Source: Balanoglossus misakiensis (Eukaryota > Animalia > Hemichordata). Taken from it: a DNA stretch of 64,000 bases. A program made the position numbers and the translations under genes. Each line of letters starts with the position of its first letter. The first letter of the stretch is position 1. Below are positions 1 to 29,639 of the stretch, one piece after another. The DNA is taken from positions 5,200,699-5,264,698 of the forward strand of contig CM082581.2 in the NCBI GenBank assembly GCA_040954595.2, read 5' to 3'. The notes beneath the pieces were generated by a model, which was not told where the DNA came from, did not search any database, and saw nothing but the letters and a program-made list of their open reading frames with translations.

Positions 1-3000
1 GCATTCATTGGGGGTGTCAGTTGACCAGATCCAAGGGCTTTAGAAGGTTGTGTTTTTCCTTGGGCATCTAAACTTTTGGCATTGAGACCTGATTTGATCC
101 TCTTGGGCTTAACACTATCTTCTGTTACAGATACTTGCTTCGTTCTAGACTTACTGCTCTTATTATCTTTACCCTGATCTTCTTTGTTTACAGACAATTC
201 CTTGTCATCATTACTTGTTTTATTGTCCCTAACATTGGGCTTGTTTTCTATCATGTCTTTGGCTTGATGTTGAACATTTCTCTCTAATTCAGACGGATCT
301 CTGCTTTTATTTTGAGATACAGGATTATCTCTTCCTTGCCCTAACCTGTCAGATGGTGTTATATCATTATCACCGGGAATTATTTCCCAACTATCAATGC
401 CATCTTCATTCTGTTCAACTTCACCTCTTCTTTCTGAAACTCTCTTTTGTTTTTCAATCTTCCTGGCGAGTAACTCTCTATCTTCTTCTTTTCTGTTGGG
501 TGCAAAAGATCCTGTAGGTGGGGTCTTTATCTTTAGATGCAAAGAAGCAGTGTTGATATTACTTGTAGATGGGCCAGCTTTAGGTTTAGATGATGGAGTT
601 TTATCTAATGGGGTTTTAGTTGAATTTTTATCATCATAAGTATTAACTTGGGCCCCAACCTTTGCGCTTTTCTTGACAGTCTCAGTCATCTTAATACTAA
701 ATGTACCTCCTTGTTGCATTTTCCTATCTTTAGCAATATCCTCATCTGTCTCAGCTTGATTTAGACTACTGTGTCTGTCTTGCTCTCTAATTTCCCCATG
801 TTTACTTTTGCCATTTTGGTGTTGTTCCTGATTCTCATTTGCCACTACAGAACAAGCTCCCAGCGATACCACTTGCTCTACAATATTTCCATTACTCTCT
901 GTACCATTTTGCCCATCATTTCTAACACTTGCATTTCTTTCGTTAAATTCATCTGCTGCTTTGAAAGACTTGAATTCAGATTCTAACTTAACAACTTGTG
1001 TGATGGGTCTACAAACTACATCTACAATTTGATTGGACCTATCATTTACATGGTCTCTCTCATGATGAGAATTATGATTATCCTGTAAATCACCAGAATC
1101 GGTTGCCATGATACTTTCTACACTGGGTGTCTGTAGGGATAATTGTATTTTATCGTGAAATTTGATGATATTAGACAGGTTTCCCTTGATGAGAACTTTT
1201 GTGCCATCTTTAACATGACATGTAGTCTCAGCATCTCTGGCAGATTGTTGTACCAATGACAAAGCTTTCTTTTGGGGCAAAGACAAATTTTGGAGATCAA
1301 ATGTAGCAACCACTTGCTCAAAAATCTGTGAGCCCTGCAAAGGAATGAAACAATGACAAATATAATTTAACTATCAACACTTAAGCCACCGAACACTCAG
1401 AGTGACATTGCAGGTGATTGTGACATGCCCAAACTTGATCAACAAACATGATCAGCCATTATTAACCTACATTTAAAACAACATTGATGCACATAACAAT
1501 ATCATGATACTTTGTTTACTATCCTCAGGTATCCTCAAGTGTGAACAAAATCAGTTCAGGTAAATCTACCCATAGTAATCTTACTTGACATGAATCACCT
1601 GGTGGCCAAACCAAAATATTACTTTCACTGCCATATTTTTCAACAAAACAGTCTCTATCAATAAGTTAATACATTGTAAGAGAACCCTGAGATAACATTA
1701 AGAAGTCACTCATCAGGAGACTAAACTATCAGTTTAGTCTCCTTATGAGCGAGTTCAGTAACTCACGAAACAACATTGCAGAGATAATACCGCCTATCGT
1801 TTCTCCAACTACCCTTATTCTGCTCTACTTAAGTATCGAGCACTTTGTATCATACCAGTTGAACTACATACTTCATACATACATGCATGCATACATATAT
1901 GTACATACATATATGACATGCATGAATGAGTGAACAAATGAATGAATGAATAAATGAATGAATGAATAATATCAATATCCTCACCACATTTGCTCCCAAA
2001 TATCCAAGATCCATCAGTGGGCATGCAGGATTTTCTGTGAAAACCAAGTCACTGTCATCATGATTATCAGAATATTGTACTTCTTGTGAATCATGCTGTT
2101 GCAGTCGTTGCTCCATTTCTGTCTTGGCTGTCATGATATCCACAGGTCCACCAAAGGTCAAAAGGTGATTCAGATACGACTGCATACTCTCTGCACTGAC
2201 AAGTTTGTGTTCCAAGAGTTCTATCTGAGAATCAATCTGTTTACGCTTTGGTGCATAAATATCACTGACTTCAGCCTGTAACTCTAATTCTTGTTGCTTG
2301 AGTTTATCAAAGACACTTTTAGCAAAGTCCTTGATTTGTGACTCAGCCGTCGTTTTCATTTTTTCCAAATCAACTCCATCACTTGAAACTCTATCCTTCG
2401 TCTGTTTTAAATCAATCACTTTTTGCTCGACTGTCTTGGTGTACTGTTTCATAGTTGGCATGTACTTCTCCAGCGCAGACTCTATTGATATTGTTTTATG
2501 CTCTGGCGGTACATGGTGAACAATACTACACTTCATACATGTTGGCAACTGACAAGTGTCGCAGTAGAATTCTAACTGAGTGCTAGGATGACTCTCACAG
2601 AATCGTGGTTGGATCATTCTGAAATGCTGTGAAGACATTTTCTCATTATATTCTTCAACTGTCATGACTTTATGATCTTTTAATGACCTCACAACTCTGT
2701 GAGTTCGAATGCACTCATCACAAAAGAACTGACCACAGTCTGTACACCAGTGTTTAGCTTCACTGTCACATCCTTCACAGACAGATTGTTCAGCTTCAGG
2801 ACTGATGTCGCTGATAAGCTGAAGTAGGTCATTCATGAAGCGATTGTTGGTGATGGCTTTTACTCCTCCAGAGGGCAAAGGATGCAGTTCTCTACATGTT
2901 GGACAGATCAGCTGACCATTGTTTTCATTAACCCACTCCGTCAGGCAAACTTCACAATATGTGTGATAACAAGGCAATATTTTAGGTGATTTAAAACGCT

Positions 3001-3085
3001 CCAAGCAGATTGCACATAGCATTATTTGTTCATTGATATCAGTTAAAACTTTGTCACTCGAACCAGGTGTTGCAGCTGTTGCCAT
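1..3085 (-). CDS. Gene A (partial, runs off the window): TRIM(RBCC) exon spliced to a long exon with a KH-like module and low-complexity linker; probably a fifth Deltex-like paralog
   Basis: TRIM exon 3085-1985 (GTG|GTGAGG donor, phase 0). The acceptor TTTGCAG opens an exon at 1334 that stays open to base 1: GSQIFEQVVATFDLQNLSLPQKK...VKDGTKVLIKGNLSNIIKF, homologous to the VF.SVVAT..KDG..VIKG exon of genes B, C and E. It is missing from the ORF track because no stop lies in the window. Confidence 0.75.
1985..3085 (-). CDS. TRIM RBCC exon of gene A (RING, B-box1, B-box2, coiled coil; TRIM56/TRIM45/TRIM2-3-like)
   Basis: MATAATPGSS..CAICLERFKSPKILPCYHTYCEVC..CPTC; CEGC..WCTDCGQFFCDECIRTH; CESHPSTQLEFYCDTCQLPTCMKCSIVHH; then a helical coiled coil. 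Confidence 0.9.
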
Positions 3086-3339
3086 GTTGGATCCACTGAT
3101 TATAAACGTTTCACCTGCAAAACACAATATTTTAAGTAAATTACTAAGTGGAAGAATTCATGGTAGATAATTTTCTGATTCACGCAGGCGGTATTTTAAT
3201 GGCCGTACCAGTGTATTTTATTATTGGCTATTTTATCCCAATTATTTGGTTTTCAAGTATTGTGGTATGTGCAAAAAACAAACCAGGGTGAGGAGCATTT
3301 TTCATATAACTACGCTATCAGCATGTTTGTTTGGCGAAG

Positions 3340-4200
3340 AAACACAAACTTCGACGAGTAGACTAAATTTCTAATGGCGGAAATAACTTTCGTCCAATCA
3401 TAATGCTCGTAATTAATGGCCAATGAGAGCCATATTTAAAAAAAATTCTTCAGCGCAGCCAGCGGCGGAAATGGGGGCAGACTGGCTTTCGTTATTTATG
3501 ATCAATGTGATGTGCGTTTCGCCAAAAATAAAATAAAAAGCTATAACGTCGACCGTCCTCAACACAATTTTTTTTCTTACACATTTTCGTACACATTATT
3601 CATTGCATGGATAGACGCATGGGTTTGTTGTTGCTGCACCCACTGACGTAGCTGTACTTGCACGATAAGTTTTGTGATTGTTCTTTTGCAAGAACATGCG
3701 GCTACGTCTGTTGCTATTAAATGATAATGCTAGTCTGTTTTCTGGATGCACGCGAAAGATCCCCAAAATATTTCAAAGACTATCCGCCACATCTACGGTT
3801 GTAAACAAGCGCCCGTGGAACCAAACGGTGACGGTTACAGTAGATATTTACATACATGTATGCTCGCCAGCCTGAGACTACGTGCACGATACGCGACCAG
3901 CACTGAAGTGAAACTTTGTTCATACGTTTTTTTCATCGGATATCGAATATTGCAGTTTTTCACGACAGTTTACAATTCACCGAGGTTGACTAAATTGACG
4001 TCAATCTTATGACGAAACTCACCTTCAATGTCATGCGATGGGGACCACACTAAACACAGTCATTTATAGCGTAACACAAATTCTGCGATTCTCGCAGAGA
4101 GTCGGGCGAAATGTGACATTAGGTAAAGGCGAGCATGCGCAATCAAGTTAATGAATATTGCACCTTTTGCTTGGGCTTTTGCTTTCACTTTGTTTGAAAT
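3340..4200 (-). promoter_or_regulatory. CpG-rich promoter / 5'UTR exon region of the TRIM cassette, copy A (paralogous copies about 15750-16560, 29880-30680, 45310-46110)
   Basis: CpG-dense block repeated upstream of all four TRIM exons. Conserved donor AAG|GTGAGT (exon ends 4023, 16416, 30541, 45974). TGACGTCA at 3996-4003. IRF-like AAAGTGAAAGC on the minus strand at 4181-4191. Confidence 0.55.
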
Positions 4201-6812
4201 GAGCAGGTCAAACAGCCTTGCAAATTTGTGTCAATGGAAAAGTACAGAGCGACTCATTGATATGACAAACCTCCTTAAAATACATTACCAATTACGTGAC
4301 AGGCTCCTGGTAGAGTAGCTGGTGTTTGTGTTTGATATCGATTTATAGTATGAGGTCAAAACAGTGTCACACACTCTGACACAATCACACAATGGAGTAC
4401 AATGATGTATGTTTTTCATGGGGGGAGGGGTCGAGAGATTTTCATACTAATTGATACCTATATTTAAAAAAACAAGGCCTGTGACAGGAGTCAGCTGGAT
4501 CGATATTGATTCAGGACAGGTTCCTATCTTGACTGTCGCCAATAAATTGTCCGAATAAATTCACGTGCCAGCTAGTACTGATTAGTTTTGGCCACACTAC
4601 ATACACTAACACAGATAGAACGTTTGAGTGGCCAGCTTTTTATCTGCAAATCAAACTGAAATGTTCTTGAAATATATGGTTTTTAATAGTAGGCCCATTC
4701 TATCAGTGAAATTTGCGATGACACGAAGAAATAAATCATTGTAATTGATATTGCATCGATCATCTGTTAGATAGCAAACATTTTTTTCTGTTCTCGTATT
4801 AGGAGTGGGCTGTAGTGTATCAGATGTATTCTGTGTGTACATAACTTCGTACTGTCACACATTGCAGTATGCCAGAGGTCTATAAACTCCCCCCCCCCCA
4901 CAAACTTGATTTTTGACTGTTTTGTTGGGTGTCTGTGCTGTGCTGTGCTATATTGTTTGACTTTACTGCTGGCCATGTGACTGTGATATCTGACCTGATG
5001 AAATATAGATGGTACTGTAGTATACAAATGTGTACTCCAGAGTTAAATATAATCAATGTTTTTTATTCACATCGCATGAATTGATGACAGAAACATTTGG
5101 AAAAAAAGTTGATCACAACTACATTGTGTTTGGGTAAAGATTGTAAAAATAGTGTCAGTAACACTGTTGTCCCATTTGATTATAACGGGTTAATAATGGT
5201 GTGACTTACAATAGTCTCAAACCCTCCACTCGGGAGCAACAGTTTACTAATAGCTATTGACTGTTCTGTCGTGATTGAAGTGTGAATAAATTTGATGGAG
5301 AATATTACTCGAACAAGGGCCATTTGAATTTTTTACCATTTATGACAAGTAATGAATATATTTGTGCTACTGACAATTTCATTTGAATAAAAATTCTGGC
5401 TACAGTTCAGCAAAGTTTTTGCAGAGGACACAGACACAGACACATACGCACACACGCACGCATGCATGCACGCACAACACACACAACACACACACACACT
5501 CACACATACCGGTATAACAATGATGAATGCCAAGTTCCTACTGCTATACCAGTGCATACAAATAACAAATGGGAGCTAAAATGATGGAATAGTGAAAATA
5601 CTGAACTATACTGAAAAAAAACCCGATATTCATATGTACCCCATTATATGCATGCTTAGTTTAGACTTGTACATAATGAATAAAGGGCCCATGAATTAAA
5701 AAGAGAAGCTATCAAATGATGGGGGGAAAACCAATGAAAATGTCAGGTCAATTTTCCATAAAATTAATCTTTTTTTTTTTTTTGCACTACACTGACTGAA
5801 ATTCCCATAGCTGGTTCAACAGATTAGCAATTTATGCACAAGTGTGTTATACATTATGTCATAGTGTTTCAAAGGGTTTCTGAGCATCACAAGCACATGC
5901 TGATGAGTTCAGGGAGGTATTTTGATTATTAAATGATGCTATGCTTCATTTAGCTTTAAACAGACCACACACACTCAATCATGCATTGGCACACACATTA
6001 ACCAGGAATGGGGGGGGGGGGGTTACATTATATTCTTTTAAAAAAAATCCTTGAATATCTTTCCAATTAACTGCATCAAAAATACTGTACTTGATCTCAA
6101 CATCACCAGACCAATACCTTGCATAAATGTGAAATAAATCAAAATTTACATGAGAAATTTGTACATTTTTAAAACTCCTATAAATTTTATATATTGTTTT
6201 TATATTTTCAAATACAACTCTACAGTAAAAGGTGTCCACACTGCAATGTAAATAATCCCCTGTAGGATCTATTGTTTTTTTTGTACATTTCCAATATGGT
6301 TTGATCAAATGAAAAACAGCTTAAGCAAAATGTTTACTGAAATCTGTTTACAGGCATGTTCTCAAACACTACCAATGAACATGAAACTCAATAATATACA
6401 AATAATCATGATTTATGACTCACAAGTCATACTGTATATGGCCACCACCATTGAGAACGCAAAATGGTCTCAGTTTCAAAACCTGATTGACACATCATCT
6501 ATCGATCACAGACTCAAGTGAGAAAGATCTCCAAAGGCAATCACGGCTAATTGAAGTGAATCCAAAACATACATGTATATCACATCTTTGCTATCCAATA
6601 CAATGTTTACAAACTGAACTGCATGTTCTCATGTGTATCGCATCTTTAGTATCCAATATACAAAAAAAATATCTTCAGAAGTGAAATTCACAAAACTTAA
6701 CTGCATGTTCTCATGCCTAAGCTTGGATTAGAATATCCAGAAAGATTTCTGCAATAGTTTTACTGATCATGTATAACTGTTCTCAATCAGGACTACATGG
6801 GAAATATGTTCT

Positions 6813-15325
<8,513 letters not shown>

Positions 15326-15502
15326 GTTGGATCCACTAATTATAAACGTTTCACCTGCAAAACATAATATGTTCAGTAAATTACTAAGTGGAAGAATTCA
15401 TGGTAGATAATTTTCTGATTCACGCAGGCGGTATTTTAATGGCCGTACTGGTGTATTTTATCATTGGCTACTTATCCCAACTGGTTTTCAAGTATCGTGG
15501 TA

Positions 15503-15682
15503 CTGTAAAACATGTTATATTTGCGAACAATAAATTTTCGCGAGAGCCAAAAGAACGTGAAATTAAAAGTCGCGTATTTTTTTCTGAGATAACGATGCAG
15601 TAAATGAAATAAGAGAACGCGAAAATTAATTCTTGCGAAACAGTTTCCTCTTTTGATATCGCGAAAATAATATGTTTTACAG
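15503..15682. mobile_element. 180-bp TA-flanked MITE (Tc1/mariner-like target) in intron 1 of gene B
   Basis: TA-CTGTAAAACAT ... ATGTTTTACAG-TA. Absent from the paralogous positions in copies A (about 3265), C (about 29820) and D (about 45250). Confidence 0.85.
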
Positions 15683-17020
15683 TACATGTATATGCAAAAA
15701 ACAAACCAGGGTGAGGAGCATTTTTCATATAACTACGCTATCAGCATGTTTGTTTGGCGAAGAAACTCAAACTTCGGCGAGTTGACTAATTTCTAATGGC
15801 GGAAATAACTTTCGTCCAATCACAATGCTCGTAATTACTGGCCAATGAGAGCCACATTTACAATTTCTTCAGCGGCGGAAATGGGGGCAGACTGCGGCTC
15901 TCGTTGTGATGTGCGTTTCGTGTTGGACCAAAAAAAAAAATATATGAGGCCGACCGCCCTCAAGGCAATGTTTTCTTCATAAGTACAAATTATTCATTGC
16001 ATAGATAGACACATGCGTTTGTTGTTGCTGCACCCACTGACGTAGCTGTACTTGCACGATAAGTTTTGTGATTATTCTTTTGCAAGATCATGCGGCTACG
16101 TCTGTTGCTAATGATAATGATAGTCTGTTTTCTGGCTGCACGCGAAAGATCCCAAAAAATATTTCAAAGACTATCCGCCACATCTACGGTTGTAAACAAG
16201 CGCCCGTGGAATCAAACGGTGACGGTTACAGTAGATATTTACATACATGTATGCTCGCCAGCCTGAGACTACGTGCACGGTACGCGACCAGCACTGAAGT
16301 GAAACTTTGTTCATACGTTTTTTATTCATCGGATATCGAATATTGCAGTTGTTCACGACAGTTTACAATTCACTATGGTTGACTAAATTGACGCCAATCT
16401 TATGACGAAACTCACCTTCAAAGTCATGCGATGGGGACCACACTAAACACAGTCATTTAGGCTATAGCGCAACACAAATTCTGCGATTCTCGTCGAGAGT
16501 CGGGCGAATGAAGTTGGCGAAATGTGATATTAGGTAAAGGCGAGCATGCGCAATCAAGTTAATATATTGCAAACTGTTAATAAGTTGCATGACGATGTGA
16601 CCGCAAAAATTTACACGTTATTTTGACACGAACAATTATTATTCCAATATTGAGATATTTATCTAATTTCAAGCAAAACATGTAGTTGTTGTACTTTGTG
16701 TTCCTGTTTATCGTGTCGATATTTTGCGGTACGTACGCTCTACGGGCCTGGTTATACAGTTTTCAATTTACCGTTTGCGTGCATATTTTACCTGTTGTAA
16801 GCTTATTCTGTACATATGCATCAGCATCAGGGTCTGTAACACTAAATCATATTATCATGGACCACTCTTCCTGTGGGAAATATTCCCCTTGTATGTTTTT
16901 TTTTCACAGTCCATAATGATGAAAAAACAACCATTCTCCGCGATTTGCTGTTCACATGATGGATTCCTATTTTTCCTGCGCATGGGGTTTGATATAGTGG
17001 ACATTGGTTAACGATATATG

Positions 17021-17600
17021 TCAACTGGTAATTCTAGTATGTGTTGAACCACGATTCACCTACATTGCACGTTCATTTGATGCAATACATCTACTTCGAC
17101 CACGGATGTACAGTGGTACCAGCTCCCATGCATATAGGCCTACGCCCATAGAACTGGTGAGGCCTACATTTGGCACAAGGAGACAAATTTCAACATTAAA
17201 AATAGCCAATGTCCCAATACTAAAATGCCTAATATCTTGATCGCTTCCCCTTTCATCGTTTGTATAGGACTAACAAAATGACGAGCTATTTATCATGTAT
17301 CAACTGGTAATTCTAGTATGTGTTGAACCACGATTCACCTACATTGCACGTTCATTTGATGCAATACATCTACTTCGACCACGGATGTACAGTGGTACCA
17401 GCTCCCATGCATATAGGCCTACGCCCATAGAACTGGTGAGGCCTACATTTGGCACAAGGAGACAAATTTCAACATTAAAAATAGCCAATGTCCCAATACT
17501 AAAATGCCTAATATCTTGATCGCTTCCCCTTTCATCGTTTATCATACAAGGCATGACGGTGTTTGTATAGGACTAACAAAATGACGAGCTATTTATCATG
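17021..17600. repeat. Near-perfect tandem duplication, period 279 bp
   Basis: CAACTGGTAATTCTAGTATGTGTTGAACC recurs at 17022 and 17301. The paralogous region near 31120-31450 has a single copy. Confidence 0.9.
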
Positions 17601-17927
17601 TATCCCCGCCCGTTTTTTGATAAATTGGTTCTATTTTCCGGCCGTGCATGTGCTGAAACAAACATTAATTTACATGTTTGAAAAGATGGGACTACAGGCA
17701 AATAATGACTTGTCTTGTCTTTTTAATTCTTCTTATAGTTCCAAGTTCGTAAAGATGGTATAACCATACTCCAGCGACTCATTCGCATTTGTTCAATGGC
17801 ATTCATGCATTTTTTGGATGATTGTTAGCCTTCAACAACGGAACAAACTTGATAATAAAAGGCGCAACTTTCAATCCTGGTTCTCGCATTAGTAGATGTT
17901 TCTCCTAGTAAAACATTAAGCTAGTCG

Positions 17928-17976
<49 letters not shown>
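17928..17976. repeat. (CAT)n microsatellite (shorter paralogous copy at about 32383-32413)
   Basis: Directly visible; same flanks in both copies. Confidence 0.95.
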
Positions 17977-17977
<1 letters not shown>

Positions 17978-20900
17978 AGATTCCTAAGTTTCCAGTGCTC
18001 TGAGTTTTGGCCGGACTGAGATTTTGTCTCCATCGTGATCCAGTTACCCACGAACCCCCATTTTACTCTGTCTTATCGCACATGACCATGTGAATGAAGG
18101 CTCAACTACATCTAGATGCAAAATTGGGTCGGCCTAGATATCAAGTCAGCCCAGTGGACCCCCGTCCCTAGCCACGACGTCGACCAAACTGAGGCGCCCC
18201 AAGGCCTACGAAGTCTGTGCTAATTGAACCGTTCAGGCGAATTGCACCTTTTGCTCGGGCTTTCCTTTACTATAACTTTGTTTGAAATGAGCAGCTCAAA
18301 CAGCCCTGCATTTTTTTAATGTAAAAGTATAGTACGACTCATTGCTATGACAAACCTCCTTAAAATACATTACCAATTACGTGAACGGCTCCTAGTAGAG
18401 CAGCTTGTGTTTGTATTTGATATCGATTTATAGTATGAGGTCAAAACAGTGTCACACACTCTGACACAATCAATGGGACAATGGAGTACAATGATGTATG
18501 TTTTTCATGGGGGGGGGGGGGGGCGGGTCGAGAGATCTTCATACTATGATACATATATTTAAAAAAAACAAGGCCTGTGACAGGAGTCAGCTGGATCGAT
18601 ATTGATTAAGGACTGTTCTTATCTTGACTGTCGCCAATAAATTGTCCCACAAGTAGCACTGATAAGTTTGTCCACTGCCACTGGCACAGATGGAAGCAGC
18701 TTTTTATCTGCAAATCAACCTGAAATGGTCGTGAAATTATTAGATTTAGTGGGCCCATTCTATCAGTGAATCGGTGAAATTTGTGATGAAGACACGAAGA
18801 AATGAATCATTGTTAGTAATTGATATTGTATCAAGCAAACATTTCTCTTTTCTCAGAGATAGTAGCTAACCTAGCTAGGGGGTCTGGCCGCGCCAGTCAG
18901 AACCTCTAGGTAGGTTAGAATTATCCACGCGTTACAATCTCTGTACATGGGTCCTTGTCAACACATGTACACTTAAGTTATTTTGTGAAGAAACCTATAT
19001 TTAATTTTACCCAGTGCTCGATGCGAGTTACTTTTGAATTGTGTACTACTGATTTGGAGAGTGGCAGTCCCTGCCTCTCAATGAATACTTTATATTCTTG
19101 TGAGGATTCTAGTTAGTTCAGCATAAACATCAAATCGACAAGCACATCATCCAAGACAGTTAAATGATTTAATGTTTTCACAAATACACTACATCCAGAT
19201 ACATTAATTGGCACCCAAAAATGTTTACAGATTCTCTGTAACTTGAATTCTTTCATCCAAAAATCAAAGCATGTAATCGTCTTGATTTGAACAAGTTCAA
19301 AGATGCATTATTCATTAACAAGAATAGCAAGCTGAATCACATAATATCAGTCATGTTCATCTTAATGTACATATATACTGAATAAATGGCAGTCTACCAA
19401 AAATCAGCTAAAACAATTTTAGCATTTGTATATGTTGTCAAAATTTAAAAAAAAGTGATGAAACCCATTACATTTATATGTTAACTTGTTTCCATGGAAA
19501 TGTTTTTCCCACGAAAAACAAGTGTTACAAGAAATTTACAATTTGTAGGTTTCACATATAATGTAGACATGGCAAGTACAATAAATTAGATGTATTTGTC
19601 AATCAAATTATTTTACAAAACTGTAATCTTTCACCCAAACCTCAACCAAAAATATTCGAATATAACCGAGTTGAACTAATACTAGAAATACATGTTGCTT
19701 TTTGCAAGTTTTTTTTTAACACAGCACTAGATAGATTTTTATGATTTACAAGTCACTGCTGGATAAAAAGATTAATTTTTTTTTGAAGAAGTCGTTTCAT
19801 AGAAATGGATTGAAAATTTGTGACAATGATACTGCAGCAGCCATGTTGACATGATGCAGATTGACAAGCATATAAGTACCATGTGCAACCGATGCTAGAA
19901 GCTCACCGGCTACACATTAAATGGCCATAACACGTTATGGCTGATGATGCAGACATGTTTAGAAATTCTCAAACTTCTCATAATCATATTTTTTTTAAAA
20001 ATGGAGACACTGTAAAATTGGCAGATTTGAATAATTAAATGTTTTCCCAGATATAGTAATATAGTAATAGTTAAAATTAAAGTTAAAATGAAAGCAGTTC
20101 TGGCATGTCTGAGTATATGCATGTCCGAGTATGTCTGAATCTCTCTCTACAAATTCAAATCCACCAATGATATATATGCTCCATATCATCTGTTGTTTGT
20201 GATCGACTTTCATGATGTACGTGTACTGGTTATGATGTCATTATTCTTTAATTACATGATCTCATACTGTTGTTGTGAACAAGACCTCCCCAAAATGTGA
20301 AAATAAAAAGTCCCATAAAATGTTTTTCAAGATAACAATGCAGTTAGTGAAATACGAGAACGCGAAAATTAATCATTACGTAACAGTTGCAGTGAGAGTA
20401 AACTTGAAATCTCAAACGTTTGATGTTGGTAAATCGTTTTTGTTTTCATTCTCCTAATTTGTAGGAGAACTTTGTTACCACAATCTACATATAATATGCC
20501 CCCCCCCCAGGTATACAGTATGCTGTACTATTAGTATTAAAGAATTAGCCAAAGAACTGAGACAAAAAAAGTAACAATCTGCAGGATTGTGTAAACCAAA
20601 GCAATCTGGCAAAATATCTTCTGGAAAAGATTTTTGTTACCAATGGGAAAAATGTTGCCACTTTTTACATAATTGAAAATTGTACCTCATTTTGATAAAA
20701 TCCAAATGACAACATCCATGCAAACAAAGTTTGAAACAAACAGAATGTCTTAGAAAGAATTCTGACAGACACTGAATGAACATAAGAATAATATTAATTG
20801 TTCTTCATTTCATTGTAATTGAATAAACCTGAATGAGAACATCCATTGATCATGTAAATTTGGTGGAGTCACCCTCAAATGTACAGTCACCATTTAAACT

Positions 20901-21513
20901 ACAATGCAGGAAATTCTAAGATCATATATGACTTGGTTCTCAGGGTTCTACATATGCTTATACACATTACATTCAGATGACAGGCACATATCCGGCCTAA
21001 AATAGTAAAAGAAGACTTTGTATTGCCACACATTTGTATGGCAAATTAAAAAATAACAAAAAAATATCACACATATAACTACTGGAGCTTCCTTGACTTT
21101 TGTTTTTGAAAAAAAAATACAACTGTCAAAGGGAATTTATGCTCTTGCTGCCTTACAATTGTATAAAAATCCTTATTCACTGTTCAGTGTCTATGTCTTC
21201 TAGTTCAGAATATCAACTCTGCATGCCTCCAGCCAACAAAAGCACTGGATGCAAACCAAAGCACAATAAAGGAAAGAAAATGCAGGTAGATCAAATAAAG
21301 TGGATGGCACAAAAAATTGTAATTATTCAGAGCTTTCTTGTTTGAATGTACATCTTGGATTCAGTGATTTGCACACAACTCTGATGGGCAACTGGACTTG
21401 AGTTTTTCAAAATGAGAGTCTGCGATAGTTCAAATGAATATCCGTGATGCATTTCATAGGAAATGTGTGAGGCCAGGGAGGTTGACAGGACTCTTTTGCT
21501 CAATTTGGTCTCT

Positions 21514-29639
<8,126 letters not shown>

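Noticed and set aside
3678-4012. Recurrent 60-118 aa ORFs in the repeated upstream blocks (e.g. MHAKDPQNISK...)
   Set aside because: They recur only because the DNA is duplicated; frames and stops differ between copies and there is no domain signature.
4063-4068. TATAAA on the minus strand near the putative TRIM exon 1
   Set aside because: It would leave an exon of only about 15 nt and is disrupted in copy B.
17004-17600. Direct repeats as a possible CRISPR array or LTR pair
   Set aside because: A simple adjacent 279-bp tandem duplication in eukaryotic DNA with no spacers, cas genes or retroelement ORFs.
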